NCBI GenBank assembly: GCA_964016885.1
Contig: OZ024740.1
Coordinates: forward strand, 226,982,001 to 227,046,000
From: Eledone cirrhosa
Taxonomy: Eukaryota
Length of the DNA stretch: 64,000 bases
Direction: 5' to 3'
Position 1 is the stretch's first letter, and the number at the start of each line of letters is the position of its first letter. Of this stretch, positions 13,217 through 27,652 are shown in pieces. The notes under the pieces are model-generated. The model worked only from the letters and a program-made list of their open reading frames with translations, was not told where the DNA came from and did not search any database. A program made the translations under genes and the position numbers.

Positions 13217-15637
13217 GTCTAGATGACCTGTCTACTGCTTTCATACAGTTCTTGTTAGCCTTTTTTCTTCTCACTTTAATAATACTTTTCTCTATCTGTT
13301 ACCAAGATAAGAATGTCTCACTTATCCCCAACATTTTTTGATGGGTAGTCAAAAATTATTAAAATTATAAATATTTTTATTTTTTATTTAAATATATTTC
13401 TTATTGAAATAAAGAAATTATTTATAATTTTAACAATTTTTTACCCATCTATCAAATTTTTGTAATTATGTAAAATTGTGCTGCTAACAAGAGGCTCTTT
13501 ATTAAATTGCAATAAGAACTTTTTTGTCATAATCATAACACTTTTAATCCACTTATATCATGCTTTAAATATTGTTGTCTCTACAATTGAAACCTTCATC
13601 TTCCTCAGTTCAGGACTTGAACCTATAAGAAAAAGAATGTTTTTGTAAATGGTTTTAAATGCCCATATAGTCATGAATAGACACAGACATATTCTCCAAT
13701 TCCTCATCCAGCTGAACTTTATGGATGTGACAGATAGAGAAAGAGAGAAACAAAGAAAGAGATGGAGATAGAAAGAGAGAGAGAGAGAGAGAGAGAGGGG
13801 GGAGAGAAATGGAGAGGGGGCCCTCCGCTAGTACTAATCTGGTACTTACAACCTCAAAATGAGGAAAAGTATAAATGTCCAACCTAAATAAAATCTATCC
13901 CATATAACTTTTTTGAAAAAAGACTAAAAGGTTGGGAGTCAGGAAAAGCATCTGACTCTAAACCACTGCCTCAAAATGTCCTGTCCAACCCATACCAGCA
14001 TGGAAAAGTGTACATAAAAGCGATGATGATGGTGGTGAGAGTAATGGTGGAAGAAGAAGAAGAAGAAGAAGAAGAAGATGATGATGGTGGGGAGATAGAT
14101 AGATAGATGTATAGAAAATGTGTGATGTATATAATGTGTACAAAAGCATATGTTTCGGTAGTTACAACAAAAGTTACAAAAAAATAGTACAAAATGTAGT
14201 TCATAATCAACTTCAAACTTGTGATGAAATCTATGTTAGGTAACAAAATTATGAAAACATTGCCCAAAGCTGAAAGGTTATTTTATGCTTATCATCCATT
14301 GTTAGAAGTATTTCAACAGCATACTTTAAACAAATATGAAAAATATACAATAGGGGAATTCTAAAATGTTAAAAGATAAATGGCTCTGTGACAGTTTCAT
14401 TTGAACACTCTACCTGTTAAATTAATAAGTGACTGAGTATTCAAAAGACACATGTACCTTTATGTAATTCTCAGGGAGATTCCACATGATTCAGTGTGCT
14501 ACAAAACTGGGCCTTTGAATTACAGGTACAGTCTATTTGACAGCATTCCAAACAGTTTTCATCTACCCACCCAATTACCCTCACAAGGTTTGGATTTACC
14601 TGAGTTTATGGTAAAAACACTTGACCAAGTTGTCATACATTAGGATTGAACTTGTAACCTCATGATATAAACTAGGTTTAAACTTACTCTATAAATACTA
14701 AATGAATATTACAAGAAAAACTTTAAATGAGGCATTAATTCCCAGATGTAAACTAAACTTGAACTTTTATGAAGACGAAATAAATATATAAACAAACTTT
14801 GAATAAGTCATATAGATATAATGCTTCACATAAAGGTATTGATTACATTAATTACTTTAACTAGTAACACAGAACTTTATGTGAAAAAGAAAAGAGTATT
14901 GTACTGATTAAGTGAATCTAATCATATATTGGCATTTATTTTATTAACACCAATGGGATTATAGGAAAATGTTGCCCCTGTGGAATTTGAACTCAGATAC
15001 TGAGTCAATATAATGGATACTAAAAACATATACAAAGGCCTATTTTCAACCATATGTGCCAATTTCACTGATCTTCTATTAATCATAACACAGAAGAAAT
15101 TGTTTACAAGATATCAGTCAGTACATTCCCTTTTTAACTTGTAAACCTGAACCAATGATTCAATAACCTGTTTCCGAATGCCAATGTATCTATCTGTTGC
15201 ATTTCCCAGTGCACCATCACAGAAATCTAATTCAATAAACATACCTAAGTTATTAATTCTGCTGCCTACTAACTCAATTATTTTCTGAAATGAAAGAACT
15301 TACTTTTTGTACGAAAATTCTTCTGTATACTTGTTTGACCTGTCAATGAGAATATTAAAATGAGCTTCTCCTTTACTCCCAATCATGGAAGTTGCTGCTT
15401 CTATGATACTTCTGATAATGCCAAAAACATAGCTTTTCTATTCTTTAGTTCAATTACACTTAATGAAGAAATCTAAACTCATGCAGAGAAATCATTCTCT
15501 ACTTAATAAGATATGTTTCTTTTTTTTGTGTGTCAAACTTCTCATTGCTTAACCACATCACTGCTTAAGTAAACATTGGCAGGCTTCCCTTCTCATCTGA
15601 TAAGCTGCCATCATAGACAGCCTATCTACCTTCTCTG

Positions 15638-15668
<31 letters not shown>

Positions 15669-16454
15669 TTTCTTTTTCTTTTTCTTTTTCTTTTTCTTTT
15701 TCTTTTTCTTTTTCTTTTTCTCTATGTATTTATCTCTCTGCCTATTTAACCTTAGCTGAAATTTTCTGGATATTTTACATAGTACAAAGCTTGCTGCAGA
15801 ACATGTAATTAATCATGTTTTCTTTTGTAGTCAAGAATGAACTTAAATATTTATCTAAAACATGTGTATATATAATTTTTTGGTTTTTCACATTGCAATA
15901 TGAATAATGTTTTATGAAAACATATTATTGATTCCAAAAGTTTAAGTGATATTAGACATAATCCTTCTATATAATCCCTAATGCTAAACAATTTTTTTCT
16001 GAAATGATTTCCCTTGTAGCTTCAAGGCTTAATATATTATATATTTAATGTCACACAGCCAACTGGGTCAGACCTTACAGGCTCAGTTGAAGGTTTCACC
16101 TTCATATAAAGTGTGGTTCAGGTAATGGAAAGGATGCACTTTTCTTTTAATCGTTTTCACCAGTTAATGAGAAGAATTGAGCTCAGCAATGTAATTATGT
16201 CATCCACCTGATGAAAAGGATTCCTTCTATAAAAGATGGTTCATATAACAATCATTTATATAAGTAATATGAGGCCAGTGGAGTTGGCACAGGTGGATGG
16301 GAGCAATATTTCTTCTATATTCTTTTTATAGCATCTAGTTTATTGATTAAGTGTTTGTGTTCAAATACAATGTTTGCCAAATTTATTCTGCTGGTATAAA
16401 TAGATTAACTGACAATATGTAGTTTGGGGGTTTTAAGTCCCCCTCCCCCCTTTG

Positions 16455-16766
16455 GTCCTGAATGACCATGATTTTGCATCTAGAAAGTTTCCTTCTGAGG
16501 CACAAGCCTGGACAAGGTGTGTTTATGGAAGATTAGCAATCACCTATGCATACCAGTTTCCCCTCTCCATGCCATCGATGTTTCAGGGAAAGGCAATGGC
16601 CAATATAGCTTGGCACCAGTGACATCGCAACTTATTTCTACAGCTGAGTAAACTGGAGCAATGGGAAATTAAGTGCTTTGCTCAAGAACACAACAAACTG
16701 CTCAGTTCAAGGTTCTAACTCATAAACTTATGACTCAATGCTCTAACCACTAAGCCATGCACCTTC
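16455..16766 (-). mobile_element. tRNA-derived SINE family B (core tgtgtccttgagcaagacacttta)
   Basis: Reverse complement has A-box tggcttagtggttagagca and core ttcttgagcaaagcactt...ttgctccagtttactcagctgtagaaat. Confidence 0.8.
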
Positions 16767-16965
16767 AGATATTTTGAGTAAAATAACTATAATATAACAC
16801 TATCTAGTGTTATTACATATTTTCAAAAGTTAAGAATAGAATTAGAAATGCACTAAATCATGAAACTTAATACTTCACTATATTTGGTCTATCATTCTGT
16901 TATTCTGATTTTTTAGTTCAAATCCCACCACTTGTCTTCTTTGCTTTTCATTATTCTGTGTTTAT

Positions 16966-17180
16966 GGGCAGTGAATTGGAAGTATTGGTAGAGCATTAGA
17001 TAACATGCTTTACAGCATATAGCTATGGCCCTTAATGTTCTGAGTTCAAATCCTGTTGAGGTTAGCTTTGCCTTATGGGATTGATAAAATAAAGCACCAG
17101 TAATGCATTGCGGGTCGATTTAATCGGCTTTTCCCTCCCTCAAAATTGTTGGCCTTGTATCTAAATCAGAAACCATTATA
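16966..17180 (+). mobile_element. SINE family A, diverged
   Basis: gggcagtgaattggaagtattggtagagc...gagttcaaatcc...ggccttgtatctaaatcagaaac. Confidence 0.8.
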
Positions 17181-17745
17181 CTGTGGTCACTAAAATGAGA
17201 TATGCTTCTAGATTTACCTTCACTGCTTTACAAGTGTAAAAATCCTAATTAGTTATTCCTTATATTTCTCTAAACTCTTATAGATTGTTACTTAGATTAA
17301 TCATCTTATAAATAAGAGTGGAAAACATTTTCAGGTTAGTTGAAAACATTTTCAGGTTAGTTAAGGTTGTTTATAGTATAAAATGTCTCAGTATTTTTCA
17401 CATCAAACTCATTCTTATTTATTACTCCATAACACATAATTATAACATTCGTCACTATTAGGAACTGCTTGTCTACTTCATGTTCATCATTGCACTAGTT
17501 TCTCCATTTATATCTTGTTTCTAGTATATACATTATATGTTTATGTTCATTATCTTTCATTTTGAACATTCTTCTACAACTAATTTGATCGACATTTTTG
17601 TAATATCAGCATATAATCATAATTTATAGTAGACCATAAATTAATTATGATAATTAAGCCGATAATTTATTATACACCCTAGACCACTTCAAAAGATGAT
17701 CTATTGATCGACGATGATTCAATCACCAATGCACTACAATAACTA

Positions 17746-18130
17746 GCTCCACAGATGCCCGGTTTCCACTCCTTGCTTCTATCAATGTTTCAACAACCTC
17801 TTTTCATTTGAACTAACTAGTTACATGCTCACTCTACCACCCAAGCCCAATTATACATCCATAACTTCTCCTATCAACCTCACTGTGTCTCATCTCCCAG
17901 ACCCTACACTAAACATTTAGCCCATAATTTACCCTTAGGATGCTCCACAGATGCCTGGTTTCCACTCCTTGCTTCTATCAATATTTCAACAACCTCTGTT
18001 CATTTGAACAAACTAGTTACATGCCCACTCCACCCAAGCCCAATTATACCTCCATAACTCCTCCTCCTATCATCCTTACTGTGTCTAATCTCCCAGACCC
18101 TACACTAAACATTCAGCCTCCAATTTACCT
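17746..18130. repeat. Tandem duplication of a ~196 bp unit
   Basis: gctccacagatgcc(c/t)ggtttccactccttgcttctatcaat... starts at 17746 and 17942; both copies end in aatttacc. Confidence 0.9.
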
Positions 18131-18489
18131 TGAATTCTTTCTCTCACTGACACTTTTCCTGCAAACATTAACCTACAAATGTTTAAGCAGAGTATCAACT
18201 GTATCACACTTGCTTCTGGAAAGGTCATGGGTACAACCCTTCCTGTTTTAACTCATTAAACAAATCTTCAAATTATATTCTCATTTAGAAATATATATTT
18301 TCCTGTTTTTGATATTCCTGAATCTACTCAAGTGCTAGTGCTCCAATCCTGACAAATAAATATTGTGTTCATTGCTCAAATATCAAATATTATCTTAATG
18401 TTTTCCAATGTGGATTCTGAAAAACCTCATTTCAAAAGATAGGTATAAGTCTAGTCTAAATTTAAAGTATGTCTCAAACCAGGACACTC

Positions 18490-18742
18490 ATCAGGCTGGT
18501 GCTTATCCTGGTTTTGTGGTGTGAAGTGACTGAGATTACAAGACTTCCCCTGGACAGGACACCAGTCGATCACAAGGCTAAATCCTCAGCCATTGTTGGT
18601 ACTCATTTTCAGCTGAGTATAGTGGAAAATGTGAAATTAAGTGTTTTGCTCAAGAACGCAACACACAACCCAGCCCAGGAATCAAACCCATAACATTATG
18701 ATTGTAAGTTCAACACCCTTACCACTAGGCCACATGCCTCCA
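18490..18742 (-). mobile_element. SINE family B variant
   Basis: Reverse complement head gaggcatgtggcctagtggtaagggtgttgaac followed by the family B core. Confidence 0.8.
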
Positions 18743-20371
18743 CATACAAGATAGTTGTCTTTTATTAAAATTTATTAAACATCTGTTATAGTTTTTTTTA
18801 ATGAAGAAGATCTTTCTCTAAAACAATATTTTCCTTTTATTTAACATCTTATTAACACTAGATGGGTAGGATTGTCCACATGATATAAGTATGGGCTGTA
18901 CAAGTTTGGAAAAACCTGTTTTCATAAATGATGAAATGTCTAAGATGAGTTGTTATCTAGATTATAATTACCAGGATGATTAATCCCATTTTACTGGTTT
19001 TGTGTGTTTGACTGCAGCCATATTGAGAAGAAACTTTCAAAGATTTTAGTCATCCATATATACATTTTATCAATCTCTTTGTAATTATACATTTTTTTGT
19101 GGTTGATCTATAATCATCTTTACAGTCAAACTAGGAAATGTTGTTCTTAAATTAAGGTCATTAACATAACTATAAGTTTTGTGGATAAACAAATAAATAT
19201 CCTTACTTTAAAAATTAAAGATTCCTAATCAGAAGCCAGTCTGTGACAACTTACAAGTCCTTGAAAATAGACCTGATGAAGATTATTGATCAAAACATTG
19301 TGCTGATATATGTATTACATTCTTAAGATGAGGTTAATATATCTGAAAATAAGCTTAATATTAAATAGTTTAAACACAGCTGATCTCTCAGACTTTTATG
19401 AAGTGCTGAGAAGATAAAGTTAATATAAAGAAAGATGTTTTAAATTAGCTTATAAAATAGGGTGAAAACCCTTAAAGATGGAAAAAGAAGTTGTCATTGA
19501 CCATAATAAAAATTCAAACCCCATTTTTCCTTGAGAAAGAAACTTCTTTTTCCATCTATAAAGTTCTTCACCCAATTCTATAAGCTATTTTATAGCATGT
19601 CCACACATAAACACATCGTTCTTTATATTTACTAAATAGTTTGTTGTTATTTTTCTTTGTTGGAATTCTTTGTTAAATTTCTAATTCTGAGATTTTATCT
19701 TTTATATTTTTCAGGTGAGTAAAAAATACATTTGTTAAAAACTGACCATTTGGTAAGGTGTTTGAAACTTAACTGCAAGTAACTTCTTGATTTATTAATA
19801 TTATAGAATGTGTAAAAAAAAATTGATAGACACATTTGGGTTAAATACTTTACATCACTTAATTTTATTTTGTTTTTACATATATGTATATATATGCATA
19901 CAGTGTGTGTATGCATGTATTTCATTATTGGGTTGTAATATAGAGACACGTCTGTAAATTTACATACATTATGTATACAAGCATATGTGTGCCAATGTAA
20001 GCCATTTGAATTAGAGGTAGAGTCCAAGAGGTAGGCTTTTAAATAGTTTCTGTTACCCTGAAGATGTCATACAGTAGGATGAAACTTACCTGCATCCACA
20101 TATGTATACACACGAACACACATACGCATATTCACATATATATGTGTCCATACACACACACACACATCAGAATGGAAGCAGTAAAAACCAGTTAGACTAT
20201 TACTCACGAGAGTACTCAATACTTGGTGTAGTAGAGTGAGTAATATGAAAAATTGGGACCCCGACTACTGAACTCCTGCCATTTCAGCTAGATCTAGAGT
20301 TTGTATCTAGCTATTGAAACAGCAGGAGCTCAGCCATCAGGTTCCCACATTTTTCACATATATATATATAT

Positions 20372-21459
20372 ACTAGACATGAAAAATGCGCAAGCTCAAA
20401 AGAGCCACAGAATGTTATAATAAACCTTCAAAAGTGTGGGACTAGAGTTGTTACTCAAAAATATTGTAATCATTATTTATCGTACATCTGTGGCATCCTT
20501 TATAAAAATATCACAATAAATACATCTATGTTTAATGTAATAACAGCTATAAATAATTATGTAATATTATTATCATATACTCATAGTAACAAAATAATTG
20601 TGTTGAAAATTAATATGATGCTTATATGAACGATAAAATCTATAATGATAATTTTATAAATATACTAATATTAAAATAATTTAGTTATATATTGTTAACA
20701 ATAGTATTGTATCATCAAATTTTTATCACTGCAAACTTTCATATTGGAATTACCTTAAGCCATTTATCATTACTTCGCTTTCGTACTTTTACAGATGTAG
20801 ATATTCAGCTGTATCTTATATCTAATATCATGATCTCATGGTAATTTGCATGCAGTGTAAAATAGGTTTATTAATAACTTTAATATGAAATGTATTATAC
20901 AGGGCTACAGAGTTGGCCAAAAATTGACTGGCTCCAACTCCGGATCCGATACTCCATTATTTCCTAAATTTCAACTCCGCAGCCCTGTTATTATATTAAT
21001 TTATTTATTTTATAGTTGTAAATCATATTTTTATATGTTGCACTCTAAGAATGAACTAAGTGAAATAGTGTAGAAAGAAAGGCATGGTTGGTTTAAGCTA
21101 ATGTCCAATATCTCATATTAGATGTTTAGTAATGATTAATACGAAATGCACTTAAACCGAATTCTATATTATAAATTCACTTAATTAATTATCGTGTCGT
21201 CTTGAGTTCCTTATGAGTCTCTTTTTTATAAAAGGATGCCACAGATTTTATAAAAAAAGAGACTATGAGTATATGATAATAATATTACGTAATTATTTAT
21301 AGCTGTTATTACATTAAACATAGATGTATTTATTGTGATATTTTTATAAAGGATGCCACAGAATGTACGATAGATAATGATTACAATATTTTTGAGTAAC
21401 AACTCTAGTCCCACACTTTTGAGTAACAACTCTAGTCCCACACATTTTTCATTTCTAGT
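20372..21459. mobile_element. Non-autonomous foldback/MITE element with long terminal inverted repeats
   Basis: ~160 bp near-perfect inverted arms (20427-20587 vs 21262-21422); termini actagacatgaaaaatg / catttttcatttctagt. Confidence 0.8.
20900..20987. mobile_element. Tiny hAT-like MITE nested in the long-TIR element
   Basis: Termini cagggct / agccctg, internal actcc repeats, 8-bp TSD gtattata / ttattata. Confidence 0.65.
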
Positions 21460-22337
21460 TTAATATTTTTTTAAGGCAACGCTTGTAATAACTCTAGTTA
21501 AACACGATATATATTAATAATAAATTATCGTTGTAATGTAATTAGATTATATAATTGTTATTATAAATATTAGTGTAAGATGTATAAAAATATTTTCAGA
21601 CTTTTAATATAAACAACAACAAAAAACAATCAATATTAAATCAATATATTATACATAATAGAAAACATAAAATAAATAAACAATATAAAAATAAAATATT
21701 TACATACAATTGCAATTATCAGTCTATATAAATTTTCTTTATTCCCTGAGCAAATTAATGAGATATATTACATTTGTTTTAAAAATAGTTAATATAAATT
21801 TTTAAAAATCATATAACGATGAAATAACAAAAATAAATGAACTAGGAAAACAAACAAAAAAACATGGTGGATGCTTTTGAACAACACTTACTCTGATTGG
21901 TTGAAAATTAGCCAATGGCATGTAATCACCACGGCCACGGCCAGACCTTGAAAAAAAAATTGACGATCGACACATATATGTTAGAACACTAAGTGACTAA
22001 AACATTCTGTTGTTAGTCACTTCGTGTCTAACAGATATATATAATTATCTAATTTATATGAAATCATCAGGAATATCCTGATGTACATTCCTGATGATTT
22101 CACCAGAGCTCCTAATCTTTCAAAATATATATCATCATTGGCCTCATTTTATGCCCGCTTTCCATGTTGGCATGGATTGGACAGATTGTCACAGTCTAGA
22201 ATTAGATTTATTGGGTAATCATGTCTTGCTCTTACGTTGCATATTTGACATAGATTTTGTGGCCAGATGCCCTTCCAAGCACCAACCTCTTTACAGAGTG
22301 TACTATGTACATTTCATCATGGCATCAGCACTATTAC

Positions 22338-22368
<31 letters not shown>

Positions 22369-22369
22369 C

Positions 22370-22583
22370 GATCGACTTTCGTCAAATCGGACCAAGGAAA
22401 CAATGTTTCCATTGGTCTTTCCAATTGCTGATACTATCTATCGGTTGCAACTCCAGGTAGAAGGAGCAATGTGAAATAAAGTGTCTTGCTCAAGGACATA
22501 ACGCATCACCCGATCCGGGAATCGAACTCATAACCTCACGATTGTGAACCCATTTCTCTAACCAACTCAGCCATACGCCTTCA
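22370..22583 (-). mobile_element. SINE family B variant
   Basis: Reverse complement head tggctgagttggttagag...gagttcgattcccgg and core tgtccttgagcaagacactttatttcac; the same tail is at 55230-55290. Confidence 0.85.
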
Positions 22584-22607
22584 CTTAGATATATATATAT
22601 TTATTTA

Positions 22608-22747
<140 letters not shown>

Positions 22748-22972
22748 GTGGATTCTTGAGTTGTGTTGGTAACCACAGTTAAATGAGGTACTCAATACAT
22801 TGGTATAATATAGGCATTTATAATATATATATATAGAAATTACTTCTACAGGAATTGAACCGTTTCATTTGTATGAAATCATCAAGAATATCCATTTCAG
22901 TCCTAGTTATGTAGAAGTCTTTTCTATATTTATAATAAAGATATATACATAGATACGTACACACACACACAT

Positions 22973-23016
<44 letters not shown>

Positions 23017-23375
23017 GTGTATGTATGCCAAGATGTATGAATGCTTAAATATACATATAGCAGTGAACATATTTATACACACATGTACCCGTGCACATCA
23101 CAATACACAGAAATATTAATGTAATATAGAAATTCTCAGCCATCAGCAAAATCTTCAAAACCCTTTTTTATATCTAAGTAATTTCTATTTTTTTCTCCTC
23201 CATTTCTCATTCCCACAGTATTTTTGCTGAGAAATTTCTTGAAAAAAATCTCCATTGTTTCTTTGTCATTCATTTAAGAAAATAACATATTATTTTTATT
23301 TATGCATACATACACACACAAACATATATATATATGTATATATATAAATATATATACACATATATATAAATATAT

Positions 23376-23436
<61 letters not shown>

Positions 23437-23502
23437 TATATATATATATATATATGTGTGTATATATATATATATGTATATATATATGTATATATATATA
23501 TG

Positions 23503-23534
<32 letters not shown>

Positions 23535-23998
23535 TATATACAAAAATGTATATACTCTTTTCACTCATACATATGCACATATAATATATACACACCCATA
23601 CACATGCACCTAATATATATAATATATTTATACACATGCACACACACACACACACACATACACACAGATATATATATATACATATATTGACTCACACATG
23701 CATTACAGAAACGATAAGAGAAGTTAGAAAGAAAACAAAGCCTTGATTTATAACTATTTTTATAATAATTTAGCCACTAGGGATCTAAACGTCACTGTTT
23801 TCTTCATAACAGCCGAATCGATATATGGAACTCAACATAGAGATTAGACAATTTCTTTAAGTCTTTCCTATATTTATGATATTGTTCCTTCAATGTTGTT
23901 CTTGTTGTCATTGTTGTTGCTTTATTTTTTTTTTCATATTTTTGTATTTTTTCTGTATATTTTTGCATTATTATTATTTTATTATTGTATTAGTATAT

Positions 23999-24056
23999 AT
24001 TCTTCTTCTTCTTCTTCTTCTTCTTCTTCTTCTTCTTCTTCTTCTTCTTCTTCTTC

Positions 24057-24107
<51 letters not shown>

Positions 24108-24112
24108 TATTA
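23999..24112. repeat. (CTT)n(ATT)n microsatellite
   Basis: Read directly from the sequence. Confidence 0.97.
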
Positions 24113-24589
24113 CTTCCCTACCTTGTAGTTTGCTTCTTTCTGTCTAACAACTAATATCATGTTATTTCTGTATGCAAACTTTTTTTTAAACATTTCAGTC
24201 TTTTTTTTGTGTGTGTGGGGGGGGGGGGGGGTACATTCTCCACTTCTTTCGGTGTAAAAAAAAAAATAGTAATAATACTACTACTACTAATAATAATAAT
24301 TATTATTATTATTAATATAGTAATAACAACAAAAATATCAACGACAACAACAATAATGATAATAACAATAGTAATAACACTAACAGCAACAACAATGATG
24401 ATGATGATTATGACGAGGATGATGATGATGATGGGATATGAAACAAAAAGGAAATTTCTTAATGTTTTCAATAGTTTACTTTATATATTTTATATATTTT
24501 TGGTATCTTACATTGTATTACATTGTATTTTTGAAATGTCGAATACCATTATCACTATTAGTATGATTATTATTAATGTTAACATCATC

Positions 24590-24633
24590 ATCAGTAATAG
24601 TAGAAGTAGCAGCAGCAGCAGTAGTGGTAGTGC

Positions 24634-24673
<40 letters not shown>

Positions 24674-24716
24674 GGTGGTGGTGGTGGTGGTGGTGGTGGT
24701 GGTGGTGGTGGTGGTG

Positions 24717-24761
<45 letters not shown>

Positions 24762-24882
24762 ATAGTAGTAGTAGTAGTAGCAGTAGTGGTGGTGGTGGTG
24801 GTGGTAGAAGTAGTAGTAATAGTAGTAGTAGTAGTAGTAGTGGTAGTGGTGGGGGTAGTAGCAGTAGTGGTGGTGGTGGTAA

Positions 24883-24930
<48 letters not shown>

Positions 24931-24965
24931 CGGCAGCAGCAGTAGCGGTAGCGGTAGTAGTAGTA
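24590..24965. repeat. (AGT/GGT/AGC)n compound trinucleotide tract
   Basis: Read directly; explains the poly-S/G, poly-V and poly-T ORFs. Confidence 0.95.
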
Positions 24966-25237
24966 AGAGAAGGAGTATCATAATTATAATTATGATTATA
25001 TAAATAATACATAAACAAATAAAGAAAGAAAAAAGAAAGGAAGGAAGAAATGAAGGAAAAAAGGAAGAAAGAAATAAAGAAAGAGATCATTATTATTATT
25101 GTTAATCATCATCACCACCATCATCATCATTCGATGGTTCTCGTCCTGGTTTTGCAGGGTTCATCAAAACCATTACAGCGAGCAGCATTGGGAATAACAA
25201 TTGGGGTTTGCTTGGTGGAGAAGGGGTTATGTAGTTC

Positions 25238-26011
25238 CATCATCATCATCACCACTTTCAACTTCACCACCATTACCACCATCATCATCAGCACTATCAC
25301 CATCACCACCACCACCATCATCATCATCACCACTTTCAACTTCACCACCATTACCACCATCATCATCACCACTATCACCATCATCACCACTATCACCATC
25401 ATCACCACTATCACCATCATCACCACCACCACCACCATCATCACCACTTTCAACTTCACCACCATTACCACCATCATCATCACCACTATCACCATCATCA
25501 CCACTATCACCATCATCACCACTATCACCATCATCACCACCACCACCACCATCATCACCACTTTCAACTTCACCACCATTACCACCATCATCATCACCAC
25601 TATCACCATCACCACCACCACCATCATCATCATCACCACTTTCAACTTCACCCCCATTACCATTATCATCATCACCACTATCACCATCATCACCACCACC
25701 ATTACCACCATCATCATCACCACTATCACCATCATTACCACCACCATCATCATCATCACCACTTTAAACTTCACCACCATTACCACCATCATCATCACCA
25801 TCATCACCATCATCACCACCACCATCATCACCACCATTACCACCATCATCATCACCACTATCACCATCACCACCACCACCATCATCATCACCACTTTCAA
25901 CTTCACCACCATTACCACCATCATCATCACCAGTATCACCACCATCACCACCACCATCATTATCATCACCACTTTCATCTTCATCACCACCACCATCACC
26001 ACCATCACCAC

Positions 26012-26046
<35 letters not shown>

Positions 26047-26620
26047 CCATCATCATCACCATCATCATCATCATCATCACCACTACCATCACCATCATCA
26101 TCATCAACATCATCATCACCACTTTCACCTTCACCACTACCATCACCATCATCACCATCATCACCATCATCATCATCATCATCATCATCACCATTTTCAC
26201 CTTCACCACTACCATCACCATCATCACCATCATCACCATCATCATCATCCTCATCATCACCATCATCACCATTTTCACCTTCACCACTACCATCACCATC
26301 ATCACCATCATCACCATCATCATCATCATCATCATCATCACCATTTTCACCTTCACCACTACCATCACCATCATCACCATCATCACCATCATCATCATCC
26401 TCATCATCACCATCATCACCATTTTCACCTTCACCACTACCATCACCATCATCATCATCACCACTTTCACCTTCACCACTACCATCACCATCATCCTCAT
26501 CATCACTTTCCCCTTCACCACTATCATCATCATCATCATCATTATCACCACCTTCACCATCATCCTCAACATCATCACCACTTTCCCCTTCACCACCACC
26601 ACTATCATCATTATCATCAA
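25238..26620. repeat. (CAT/CAC)n minisatellite with higher-order units (cactttcaacttcaccacc; cattttcaccttcaccact)
   Basis: Read directly; triplet phase is preserved over ~1.4 kb. Confidence 0.95.
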
Positions 26621-26713
26621 AATCTGCTGCTATAGCCAATCAGCCTTGGGAATAGCAAATGGTGTTGGATTTGTGAAGGGCTTATGCAATTCCATCCAAA
26701 TATCATGATCATC

Positions 26714-26744
<31 letters not shown>

Positions 26745-27289
26745 CCATAATCATTATCATCATCATCATTTTCATCACCAACATAATCATTATTATTAAT
26801 GTTTCTCCAATCATCATCACCAACAACAGCAACAGCATTGTCATTAACATAATGCATTTCAATGCCTCCATTTATTTTATTATTTTACTATTATTTTTAG
26901 AGGGGAGGGTTTCTCATTTTTATTTTGTTCATGCTAGTGTGAGAATAATACATTCATTTAATAAAGTGGGTTGTCTTATTGAAAGCACACAGAGCATAAT
27001 ATACAGATGACTTTGAGAATAAACACACAGGATGTGTTAAGGGAATTATTATTGTTATTATTATTTTATTCTATGATTTTGTTTTCAAGGTCCAGTTAAG
27101 TTAGTAATTATAGTAACGAAGTATGGTGGCAGCAGGTAGGGAACAAAGAAAGTGGGTGGGAGAGGGGTAAAGAAAGTCAGAGAAAGAGGAGCAGAGCGAA
27201 GAAGGAGAGAGACAGGGAAGTCAAGTTGGGGAGAGAGAGAGAGAGAGAGAGAGAAAGAGGGAGAGAACTAGGCCAGAGAGAGAAGCAAG

Positions 27290-27324
<35 letters not shown>

Positions 27325-27652
27325 CAGAGGGAGAGAAAGAGAGAGAAGAAGGGGGGGGGGAGATGTAATTTGTGTCAGTCACAATACAGTGATTTCATCT
27401 CCTACAAACTATTTGTTTGCTGTATTCAATAAGAATAATGGATGATATTCTTCAAATGTATTAGTAGCAGCAATGTTCCAAGGTTTAGTTTTCATAAATT
27501 AATGGAAATGTGCAATGGCTAACACTGGTTGGGAGTTATTGCAAGAATGGGCTTCAGTTGTAACACAAAAAAATAACCTCAGAGAGAATATTGTATGGTA
27601 AGAATAAATACAAGCCATAGTAATAAATTGTGGAATTTCTTTTTATCAAAAT

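Noticed and set aside
13335-13460. AT-rich imperfect palindrome
   Set aside because: Low complexity; probably an old MITE remnant, with no definable TSD.
15114-15345. Minus-strand micro-exon candidates and a 56-codon open frame (KIIELVGSRINNLGMF...)
   Set aside because: Splice-like signals are present, but the implied intron is only 19 nt and no protein family is recognisable.
16200-16245. CTGATGA-a-aagg(att)cctt hammerhead-like start
   Set aside because: No GAAA box or stem III follows.
24209-25090. Ser/Gly-, Thr-, Val- and Leu/Pro-rich ORFs
   Set aside because: Pure trinucleotide repeats open in several frames, with no domain or splice support.
25135-25173. SECIS/K-turn-like stem on the minus strand
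   Set aside because: The ATGA-to-AA spacing is too short for a SECIS and there is no selenoprotein ORF; more likely a retroelement 3' stem-loop.
25050-26708. 552-aa Ile/Thr ORF and 497-aa Met/Val ORF
   Set aside because: Alternative frames of the (CAT/CAC) minisatellite; the compositions are implausible for real proteins.
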